In this document: positions 1-7,530 of the stretch, one piece after another
Position numbering within the stretch: position 1 is the first letter of the stretch
How the letters are laid out: every line of letters begins with the position of its first letter
Assembly: GCF_001465295.1 (NCBI RefSeq)
Contig: NZ_CP011034.1
Coordinates: forward strand, 2,040,001-2,072,000
From: Pseudoalteromonas translucida KMM 520
GTDB lineage: Bacteria; Pseudomonadota; Gammaproteobacteria; Enterobacterales; Alteromonadaceae
Length of the DNA: 32,000 nt
Direction of reading: 5' to 3'
Position numbers and translations under genes: made by a program
The notes under the pieces: generated by a model
Told to the model about the DNA's origin: nothing
Database searches by the model: none
What the model saw: only the letters and a program-made list of their open reading frames with translations

Positions 1-893
1 ATGTTATTATTTCCATACTCCTTAATGACTCTATTAATGCTTTTTAAATTATTTTGCTCATTACGTGCATTAACTAATTGTTGAGAAATTTGCTCTAGCT
101 CTTTAGTAACCAGTCCGGCTATACCTTCTATATCGACTAATTGCTGCGCCTCTCGATATGCTTGTAGGCGAACTTCAGATTCATCTAATTGAATCCGCAA
201 TTGCGACAACCGTGTGTTTAACCAACTTGTTGCCTGTTGCGTGATCCCCATTTTGGCACGCATTTGGTTGTCGATATAAACTTCACCAACCGTATTTGCA
301 ACCAAGGCTGCAAGTTTAGAGTCACTTGACTCAAAACTAACTCTAACTAATTGTGTTTTATGAATTGGGGTAACAATTAATGCTTTATTAAATATACTAA
401 GCAAATCTTGCATTTGTTGCTCAACTTGATCTTCATACGAGAGCGTAGCAACTTCTTTTTTATTTAAAAAAGGCAGTAAGTCTTTAATTAATATATTTAG
501 TTCTTTAAAAATTAATATATTTAGTTCATTAAAGATTGAAGGTTTAGGAGTAAAGTCTATATGTGACTGCAAATCTAACTTAGTAATAACTTCTCGTGCA
601 ATACTGTCTGACTTTATTACTTCAAATTGAGTTAAATAATATTCTTTTTGATTTGAGTCTAAACCATATATTTCTTCAAAACTAACCGCTTTAGCCTGCT
701 CTGCTTCAATTAATAAAGTTGCACTTGCTTTATATTTAGGCGTTAAAGTTAACGTAATCATTATAGCTAATAATGTAATGATTATCGCAAAACTCAAAAT
801 TCGCCATTTTGCTTGCTTGATAACATTAAAGTGAATACCAAGATCAATAACATCATCATTATTATTATTAAATTTATCTGATTGTTTATTCAT
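1..893 (-). CDS. Polysaccharide co-polymerase / chain-length determinant (Wzz/GumC/Wzc type), N-terminal part; continues past the left window edge
   Basis: Absent from the ORF track because it runs off the window. Reverse-strand ATG at 891-893 with AAGG just upstream, open to position 1. My translation: MNKQSDKFNNNNDDVIDLGIHFNVIKQAKWRILSFAIIITLLAIMITLTLTPKYKASATLLIEAEQAKAVSFEEIYGLDSNQKEYYLTQFEVIKSDSIAREVITKL... This gives a short cytoplasmic N-terminus, one TM helix, Wzz-domain-like motifs, then a long coiled-coil-like segment. It starts 20 nt after the OPX gene stop. Confidence 0.7.
   Translation of the reverse strand, partial: MNKQSDKFNNNNDDVIDLGIHFNVIKQAKWRILSFAIIITLLAIMITLTLTPKYKASATLLIEAEQAKAVSFEEIYGLDSNQKEYYLTQFEVIKSDSIAREVITKLDLQSHIDFTPKPSIFNELNILIFKELNILIKDLLPFLNKKEVATLSYEDQVEQQMQDLLSIFNKALIVTPIHKTQLVRVSFESSDSKLAALVANTVGEVYIDNQMRAKMGITQQATSWLNTRLSQLRIQLDESEVRLQAYREAQQLVDIEGIAGLVTKELEQISQQLVNARNEQNNLKSINRVIKEYGNNN
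487..534 (-). repeat. In-frame 24-nt tandem duplication (2 copies, 22/24 identical) inside the co-polymerase gene
   Basis: attaatatatttagttctttaaaa (487-510) versus attaatatatttagttcattaaag (511-534). It encodes a duplicated octapeptide (...FNELNILI FKELNILI KD...). Confidence 0.85.
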
Positions 894-913
894 TTATCAC
901 TGCCTTTAACGGC

Positions 914-1435
914 TTAAAACAAGCGCTGTTCTATTTTAATGGTGTCGCCCGCTGCAATTTGACTGTTTAAACTGCCTCTATGTTGCTGCTCTTTGGTTTG
1001 CTCTTTAAAAATATATATTTTATCTATTGATGCTCGCTCTGTTAATCCACCACCAAGTGCAATTGCTTGATTTACTGTCATTGCCGGCTGATAAGGGTAT
1101 GCTCCTGGGTTATTAACTTCGCCGTGAATATAAAAAGGCCGATATTGTGTAACCTGAGCATACACATTGGGGTTCACTAAATAATCAGGCTGTAAACCAC
1201 GGCTTATTATTTTCTCTACCTGTGATGTATTCAGGCCAGCGAGTTTAACTTTTCCCAAAAAAGGATAATTAACTATGCCACTGTTACCTAATAATGCTGT
1301 TACATCTAAATCAGGTTGGCCAAAAACTTTTATCTCTATTTTGTCACCTGGTCCTAAAGTATAGTTTTGTGCACTTTGGCCAAAACTATTAAAACTCAAT
1401 AAAAAAGCCAGGCAAACAATCATCCTAGATTTCAT
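914..1435 (-). CDS. Short OPX-family polysaccharide export protein (Poly_export/PES motif plus one SLBB-like domain), Wza-like but only 173 aa
   Basis: Signal peptide MKSRMIVCLAFLLSFNSFGQ. PES-type motif YTLGPGDKIEIKVFGQPDLD. SLBB-like FYIHGEVNNPGAYPY...MTVNQAIALGGGL. ATGA start/stop overlap with the upstream beta-barrel gene. Confidence 0.8.
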   Translation of the reverse strand: MKSRMIVCLAFLLSFNSFGQSAQNYTLGPGDKIEIKVFGQPDLDVTALLGNSGIVNYPFLGKVKLAGLNTSQVEKIISRGLQPDYLVNPNVYAQVTQYRPFYIHGEVNNPGAYPYQPAMTVNQAIALGGGLTERASIDKIYIFKEQTKEQQHRGSLNSQIAAGDTIKIEQRLF

Positions 1436-2649
1436 CGATTAACCTTCAAAGCAAAGGTAAAATTAATCCCGATAATGACACGATCAAATGTAATCGCATC
1501 TTGATTAGAGTTTTTATCTATAAAATCCACATAGCTAGATACCATCCCAAAGTTACTAACTAAATAATTTAAACCTAATCGGGCCGCTGTTGTTTTATCT
1601 TGTCTACCAATATCACCAGTGTATTGCTCGTCTGCATAATTTAAACTTGCCAACGAACTAAAGTAATTACTCCAATTATGATCCCAGGTAATGTTATAAA
1701 CACTCTCTTTAATATAATCACCTGCTACCAAGGGATCTTTAGCTGAGCGGCTAGTTAAAACTTGTACCGATGAATAAGTAAGTGGCTGCCAAAGCACAGC
1801 GGCTTCCCAACTTAAACCGGTAAAATCTTCACGTAAGTCTGAAATAAAATCTTTGTCTTGATAACCAACTTTGAAGGTCCCTGATGTTACCGCCGTTGCC
1901 TCCCACTCTATTCCTAGTAATATTTTTCTGTCATCTGAATCTCGTGAAATACCATTAGCTTGCAAAATATCGTAGCGGTAATTTTCTTTTTTTAACTCCA
2001 AAAAAGTACGTGTCGATGAGAGCGTATTATAGTAACCGGTTATTCCCACTAAAGTTTTATCATAGTCCCGATACTGGGAAACGGGTCTAAAGTTTTGATA
2101 TTTTTTATTGAAAAAACCAGCATTAAGTGCAATCTGAGCTTTAGAGCTTTTTGCGCCATATTCATAACGCGCTGTCACATTTTGCTGTTCGTATTTCACT
2201 AATTCATTAACAATATCTCCCAAACCTTCGGTTAAACCACTTCCTCTAGGTTCATATAACCAATCTGCGTCACCTTTAATATCGAATCTATGCTGTTGGG
2301 TAAACTCTTTATGAGCACTTGCGGCAATGGTCACTTGTGTAAAGTTATCTGTGGTATCTTTATTATGAAAGGACGTACTTGACCCAAGGTTAAGCTTATA
2401 ATTGTCGGGGCCATCTTCTATTACTGCAGAAATATTTGGGGAAATACTCCATATTAACCGCGACTCCTCGTTAGTTGGTGTTCTAAATATATTATTATTA
2501 GAACTAACTCCTGTTTGCAGCGTAGGCGTTATTTCGGCACCATTTTTCGTTATAATGCTACCTGGTTTTAGATTAGCAAGTGCATAAGGGCTGGCTCCTA
2601 TGCAAACTACTAATAAGCTAGGAGTAATCACATTAATAGGCATTTTCAT
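1432..2649 (-). CDS. Outer-membrane beta-barrel protein of the EPS export operon (EpsL-like / GfcD-like partner of the short OPX)
   Basis: Signal peptide ending ...ASPYALA|N. The 405-aa sequence is rich in alternating Y/W/F-x-polar stretches typical of beta-strands (VTARYEYG, LVGITGYYN, LLGIEWEATA, FKVGYQDKD, LGLNYLVSNFG, IIGINFTFAL). It sits between the priming transferase and the OPX gene with overlapping stops and starts. The family name is inference. Confidence 0.55.
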   Translation of the reverse strand: MKMPINVITPSLLVVCIGASPYALANLKPGSIITKNGAEITPTLQTGVSSNNNIFRTPTNEESRLIWSISPNISAVIEDGPDNYKLNLGSSTSFHNKDTTDNFTQVTIAASAHKEFTQQHRFDIKGDADWLYEPRGSGLTEGLGDIVNELVKYEQQNVTARYEYGAKSSKAQIALNAGFFNKKYQNFRPVSQYRDYDKTLVGITGYYNTLSSTRTFLELKKENYRYDILQANGISRDSDDRKILLGIEWEATAVTSGTFKVGYQDKDFISDLREDFTGLSWEAAVLWQPLTYSSVQVLTSRSAKDPLVAGDYIKESVYNITWDHNWSNYFSSLASLNYADEQYTGDIGRQDKTTAARLGLNYLVSNFGMVSSYVDFIDKNSNQDAITFDRVIIGINFTFALKVNR

Positions 2650-4036
2650 TCTTAAATCCTTTGATGATAGTTATGAATATTATTTTTATATCAAACAATA
2701 ATGACCAGTTCTTAATATAGTGTAGGTCATACTCCACACGTTTCGCCATTTTTATTAATGTATCTGTTTCACCACGCCAACCGTTAATTTGCGCCCACCC
2801 TGTAATACCTGGTTTAGCTTTGTGCCTAAACATATAAAATTCTACTTTTTTTCTGTACTCTTCATTGTGCGCGACAGCATGAGGTCTTGGCCCAACAATA
2901 GACATATCACCGTCAAGCACATTCAAAAACTGGGGAAGTTCATCAAGACTTGTGCGTCGTAAAAATCGACCTAACTTTGTTATCCTTACATCATTTTTTG
3001 TAACTTGAGTTATCAAATTACTGTTTTCTGTTACTGTCATTGAACGGAATTTCCATACTTTTATTTTGCGTCCGTCTAGTCCGTAACGATCTTGCTTAAA
3101 TATTACTGGACCAGCTGATGTCAGCTTTACTGCAGTTGCAATCACTAATAATAATGGCGAAATCAATAATAATATAACTATTGAGAACACAACGTCTTCT
3201 GTACGTTTTATAAACTCATGAGCACCAATACATGGTGACTCAAATACACTTAATGTATCAACCTCACCAACATGTTCAATACGCGCATGTATTAGATTAG
3301 AAAGAAGAAAGTCGGGTATTATATGCACATCAACTGTGGTATCACCCAGCTGTAATAAAATGTCTGCAATACGTTTTTCTGCTTTCATGGGAAGAGCAAT
3401 ATATAAGACATTAACCCTACCTTCTCTTGCAGAATCAACGGCTTCTTGTATGTTGCCAGCAACATCATGAGACGCTAACTTACTAAACAAACGATCTGGA
3501 GTTCTGTCATCATAAAATCCTAAAAACTTAAAGCCTAACTCATCATTTTTTTCAATTTCATCATATAAGTACGCAGCGGTTTCTGTTGCGCCAATAATAG
3601 CCACATTACGCAAATATAAACCAAATTTACGACGATTACGCTTATACAAGTAAACAGCCAAGCGCCATAAATATAAATAAAGCATACTTAATAAAAACCA
3701 TAAACTAATGCCAATCCGAGATAAGGATTCTGAAAACTTAAAAATAAATGATATAAAAAACAAACAAGCGAATGAGACTAACAAAGCGCCCCAAACGCAC
3801 AGCATCATCACTCTAAATTTCCCTGCACGCCACGATCTATAAGTAGAAAACACTTCAGCGCAATATAGGTAAATGAGTGCAACGCTTAACACTGACACCA
3901 TATAAAAAGGGCTTAAGTTAAAGTCATAAAATAAGGCGGAACATTGAAAAGCAAAAAATAATGCAATAATATCGAAAAGTCTGTAAAAACAGCCATCTGA
4001 TGAACCTGATAGCTTAAATGTCCTTGAAGAATTCAT
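2633..4036 (-). CDS. Undecaprenyl-phosphate hexose-1-phosphate transferase (polyisoprenyl-phosphate priming glycosyltransferase, WcaJ/EpsB type)
   Basis: 467 aa. N-terminal multi-TM block, central Rossmann-like IIGATETAAYLYDEI, and a C-terminal Bac_transf domain (PVIFKQDRYGLDGRKIKVWKFRSM...DELPQFLNVLDGDMSIVGPRP...KPGITGWAQING). Confidence 0.9.
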   Translation of the reverse strand: MNSSRTFKLSGSSDGCFYRLFDIIALFFAFQCSALFYDFNLSPFYMVSVLSVALIYLYCAEVFSTYRSWRAGKFRVMMLCVWGALLVSFACLFFISFIFKFSESLSRIGISLWFLLSMLYLYLWRLAVYLYKRNRRKFGLYLRNVAIIGATETAAYLYDEIEKNDELGFKFLGFYDDRTPDRLFSKLASHDVAGNIQEAVDSAREGRVNVLYIALPMKAEKRIADILLQLGDTTVDVHIIPDFLLSNLIHARIEHVGEVDTLSVFESPCIGAHEFIKRTEDVVFSIVILLLISPLLLVIATAVKLTSAGPVIFKQDRYGLDGRKIKVWKFRSMTVTENSNLITQVTKNDVRITKLGRFLRRTSLDELPQFLNVLDGDMSIVGPRPHAVAHNEEYRKKVEFYMFRHKAKPGITGWAQINGWRGETDTLIKMAKRVEYDLHYIKNWSLLFDIKIIFITIIKGFKNENAY

Positions 4037-4783
4037 AACAATTAATCCCTATGGTAGACCATACTGAGTGAAAAAATTATCACTAGATTTCAGAATTAAT
4101 ACTAAGTTAACAACTCAAGTTGCACAATTAACATAAAGTGCGTTTACTTATAAATATCATGCTATAGTTTGTTTCAATGTATGTTGTTTATATAAAAACA
4201 AACATGAGTAAACATTACTGTAATAGCTAAACTTTTACTTTTTTATAGAGGAACACATTAAAGTACATGTTTTACTTTAGCTTAGTAATGTAAGGAACTA
4301 CTTCTCATTAACGTGAACGGAGTAGCCATAATATTATTTAATTGCAACTAAGCAGGAAGCTATTGGTTTATTTAGTTCCCCCCCTTTAATACCTACAGAG
4401 GGTTAAACACACTGCCGCTATTACTTCTTTATAGATACTTTACTATTTTGCCCGGCAGGACCATATATACAAATAACAGCGGTGTAATTTACCACCACTA
4501 CTTGGTGGGCTCGAAGACAAATAAAATTCAATTTTATTTAGAACCTATTTAATAAATTAAATAAACAAAAAAAAACGTGATAAAAACAAACGTAAACTAA
4601 TTAAAATACCATAAAAACTTCTGTTTACGATGTGTTCGCATTGTAAAAATGAATATAACTATAGCCCCTTCTTAAGTTACTAATAAATTTTATCTTTTAT
4701 ATCAAAGTTATGTATAAATTAACAACTCTCGTTAATCTAGACTAAAATATGATTATCTCCTTTTGGATTAAAGTAGGTCATCA
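4037..4783. promoter_or_regulatory. 747-bp AT-rich divergent intergenic region upstream of both the priming-transferase operon (-) and the A-PCP-AT3 gene (+); presumed promoters and long leaders
   Basis: No six-frame ORF of 60 aa or more. It is flanked by divergent start codons at 4036 (-) and 4784 (+). It contains a C7 tract (4378-4384), an A9 tract and a small hairpin ccacca-ctact-tggtgg (4492-4508). No individual promoter elements could be assigned with confidence. Confidence 0.5.
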
Positions 4784-7366
4784 ATGTTTAAGGACACTAA
4801 TAAACTCACTTCTAAACTTCGCAGCAATAGCATAGCGGCTGTAGAAAGCGATCAAAAAATAACTTATTCACTATTAATTGAAAAAGCAGAAGGCATTGCC
4901 TCAAAGTTAGGATCACAAAGAAGTCTTATTTTATTAGAGTGTACTCCAAGTATTGATTGGCTAATATCTTACGTAGCTATTTTACTAGGTAAGCATGTTG
5001 CTTTGATGCTTCCTCCTAATAATGAGGAAATGGCTTCTCGGTTAGGAGAAGCTTTCGACGCTAACTTTATAATAAAAACTACTAATGGCATCGACGTTGA
5101 GAAACTAAGTAGTAAAAAAGTAAATTTACATGAAGATCTCTGCTTACTTTTATCTACTTCTGGCTCGACTGGAAGCCCTAAATGTGTAAAATTATCCTAT
5201 GACAATATCGAGGCAAATACAGTCTCTATAATTGAATATTTAGGTATAGATAAACAAGACATTGGCATTGTTAATTTACCAACCAATTATTCATATGGCC
5301 TTTCAATTGTTAATACTCATTTATTTTGTGGTGCAACAATTGGGTTTAATACTCATGCAATTTACACAAAAGAGTTTTGGAATTTTTGTAAAGAACAAAA
5401 CGCAACAAGTTTTGCCGGTGTACCTCACAATTTCGATCTATTATCAAAAATTAATTATCAACAATTAATCCCCTCATCTATAAAGTACTTCACACAAGCT
5501 GGCGGTAAACTGGCAACGAATATTGTTTCTGAATTTGCGAGTTTTGCAAAAGCTAGAGGCTGCAAATTTTTTGTTATGTATGGACAAACAGAAGCCTCAC
5601 CGAGAATGTCTTACTTACCACCGGATATGTGTGAATCAAACCCAAATTCAATAGGTATACCAATCCCTAGAGGAGAATTCAAAGTAGTTGATGATAAAAA
5701 TAAAGAGCTCCCACCTGGAGAACAAGGCGAATTAATTTATAACGGCCCGAACGTGATGATGGGCTATGCCATAGAAAAAGATGATCTAAAAAAAGATAAA
5801 GAAACATTCGAATTAAAAACTGGTGACATTGCTAAAAAATCCTTAGATGGACTTTATTTTGTAACAGGAAGGATGAGCCGTTTTATAAAAGTATTTGGCA
5901 ACAGGATAAGTTTGGATCAAATAGAGGTTATGTGCAATGAACAGCATTTTGATGCGATTTGTACTGGAGTAGATGAAAAGCTGTTAATAGTTACTCGCCA
6001 AGAAAGTAAAATCAATCATATTAATGAATACTTTCAACAACACTTAAAGCTGCCTAAATCATCGATTAAAGTAGTGTTTAAAAAAGAGTTTCCTACCTTA
6101 GACACAGGTAAGTTCGACTATAACTCTATAAAAATGGAACTTACTCAATCTAACAAAAAAAATAACGAGCAATCGGCTTTAAGTATTAATGATACTTACA
6201 TAAGTATTTTTGGGGAGCTAGCAAAAAACAAATCGTATTCATTTTTTGATTTAGGTGGAGACTCTCTGACTTTTTTTTCAATCTCAATAGAATTAGAAGA
6301 AAAATTAGGCTACTTACCAGAAAACTGGACAAATATATCAATTGCTGGGCTAGAATCTTTACCCAAAAAGCTTATAAATAACTCTAACACTAAAAGTACT
6401 TCATTTAAAAACTTAGTGAATTTAGATTCACTAAGAGCATTTGCTTGTATATTAGTAGTTGCTTTTCATGTGTTTGGTAGCGAGCCACACTATGGCCTGG
6501 GTTATGCAATGGACTCACCGTGGCGTTCTATTTTTGATGTTTTTGATTTAATTCGAATACCTTTATTTACTGCTCTTGCAGGAATTGTGTTTATAGCAAT
6601 ACTTTCAAGTGAAAATAAAATCTTTCAGTTTTTATTTTGTAAAATAACATCTCTATTATTACCAGCCGTTGTTGTTTCAATATTATATTTTCTTTTAAGG
6701 AACATAATAGGTAAAGAAGATGGTGACTTAGGTACATACTTAATATCGGGTTATTTACATTTGTGGTATCTCTACTCACTATTTGTGATAGCAACGGTTA
6801 TAGGAACTATACACTTACGATTTAGACCAAGCTTTTATACTTACATAATAAGTATGATTTTACTTTACGCATTGAGTCTGACTATAAGCGGGCATGTTTT
6901 GTTTTGGGTTTACGCCAGTGTTGAACTAGCACCGTATTTCATTCTAGGAATGCTACTTTATAAGCACCCTCATAAGTTTTTGAATAAAACTATTTTAACA
7001 ATTGCAGCCATCCTAGCTTTATTAGGTACTTGCTTACGTGTAGCTTCATTTTTTGAAATAGTAAATAGAGATTTAATCTTGGTATATTTTACTTTTATAA
7101 CCTCAATAAGCCTTATAATTATATCTTATTTTTTCTTTCCTAAAATCAAAGTTATCCAATGGATTGGCCTATATTCATACTCCATATACCTGTGGCACCC
7201 TGCAGCAGCGAGTACAGCCAGAACAATCCTTACAACTATCGGTATTGATAATCACTTCTTACTATTTTTAGTTCTATTAATTGCAGGCATTTTAATACCT
7301 GTTGTCATGTATAAAGCAGCAAAATTTTTACCCAGATTAATTAGAATGTCTCTAGTTGGGCGGTAA
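4784..7366 (+). CDS. Tri-domain fusion: AMP-forming adenylation domain + phosphopantetheine carrier (PCP/ACP) + acyltransferase-3 (AT3, OafA/NolL-type) integral membrane domain
   Basis: Adenylation cores: ITYSLLIEKAEGIA (A1), LLLSTSGSTGSPKCVKLS (A3), YGQTEASP (A5), GELIYNGPNVMMGY (A6), KTGDIA...GRMSRFIKVFGNRISLDQIE (A7/A8), PTLDTGKFDY (A10). Carrier motif FFDLGGDSLTFFSISIELEEKLG, with Ser494 at nt 6263-6265. AT3 signature LDSLRAFACILVVAFHVFG, with His562 at nt 6467-6469, followed by about 10 hydrophobic segments to the C-terminus. Confidence 0.8.
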   Translation: MFKDTNKLTSKLRSNSIAAVESDQKITYSLLIEKAEGIASKLGSQRSLILLECTPSIDWLISYVAILLGKHVALMLPPNNEEMASRLGEAFDANFIIKTTNGIDVEKLSSKKVNLHEDLCLLLSTSGSTGSPKCVKLSYDNIEANTVSIIEYLGIDKQDIGIVNLPTNYSYGLSIVNTHLFCGATIGFNTHAIYTKEFWNFCKEQNATSFAGVPHNFDLLSKINYQQLIPSSIKYFTQAGGKLATNIVSEFASFAKARGCKFFVMYGQTEASPRMSYLPPDMCESNPNSIGIPIPRGEFKVVDDKNKELPPGEQGELIYNGPNVMMGYAIEKDDLKKDKETFELKTGDIAKKSLDGLYFVTGRMSRFIKVFGNRISLDQIEVMCNEQHFDAICTGVDEKLLIVTRQESKINHINEYFQQHLKLPKSSIKVVFKKEFPTLDTGKFDYNSIKMELTQSNKKNNEQSALSINDTYISIFGELAKNKSYSFFDLGGDSLTFFSISIELEEKLGYLPENWTNISIAGLESLPKKLINNSNTKSTSFKNLVNLDSLRAFACILVVAFHVFGSEPHYGLGYAMDSPWRSIFDVFDLIRIPLFTALAGIVFIAILSSENKIFQFLFCKITSLLLPAVVVSILYFLLRNIIGKEDGDLGTYLISGYLHLWYLYSLFVIATVIGTIHLRFRPSFYTYIISMILLYALSLTISGHVLFWVYASVELAPYFILGMLLYKHPHKFLNKTILTIAAILALLGTCLRVASFFEIVNRDLILVYFTFITSISLIIISYFFFPKIKVIQWIGLYSYSIYLWHPAAASTARTILTTIGIDNHFLLFLVLLIAGILIPVVMYKAAKFLPRLIRMSLVGR

Positions 7367-7388
7367 TTGATACACTGTGATAATGTTC

Positions 7389-7406
7389 CAGAACTGACTA
7401 GTTCTG
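7389..7406 (+). terminator. Weak hairpin downstream of the A-PCP-AT3 gene (cagaact-gact-agttctg, then aattt)
   Basis: A 7-bp perfect stem with a 4-nt loop, 23 nt after the TAA at 7364-7366. The stem is AT-rich and the U-tract is poor, so terminator function is uncertain. Confidence 0.3.
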
Positions 7407-7530
7407 AATTTACCTGTTGGCCCAAAAGTAAAGGGTTGCGTACGGGATATATTCAAACAGAACTGCTGCAGCAAAAAGTTTCTGTCGAGCCGTGCAATAA
7501 CACCGCTCGCCTCCGTTGGGTGGATTACTT

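Noticed and set aside
914-1435. Whether the short OPX protein is a lipoprotein like Wza (the N-terminus contains Cys8: MKSRMIVC).
   Set aside because: The residues before the Cys (I-V) do not fit a lipobox (L-[AS]-[GA]-C). The hydrophobic core continues past the Cys, so an ordinary SPase I signal peptide is more likely.
4409-4487. Possible RfaH ops/JUMPStart elements in the EPS leader: AGCGGCAGTGT on the minus strand (complement of 4409-4419) and AGCGGTGTAAT on the plus strand (4477-4487).
   Set aside because: Neither matches the GGCGGTAG core exactly; there are mismatches at conserved positions, including within the GGTAG core. They cannot be called without experimental or comparative support.
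4631-4678. A 15-codon mini-ORF with a CxxC motif (MCSHCKNEYNYSPFL*) upstream of the A-PCP-AT3 gene, as a possible leader peptide.
   Set aside because: There is no RBS and I can assess no conservation. Many such tiny ORFs occur by chance in 750 bp.
4037-4783. A c-di-GMP riboswitch (GEMM) or other structured leader upstream of the EPS operons, considered because lapD and pilZ are nearby.
   Set aside because: The region is extremely AT-rich, with only one short GC hairpin (4492-4508). Nothing resembles the conserved GC-rich GEMM helices. An Infernal scan would be needed to exclude it formally.
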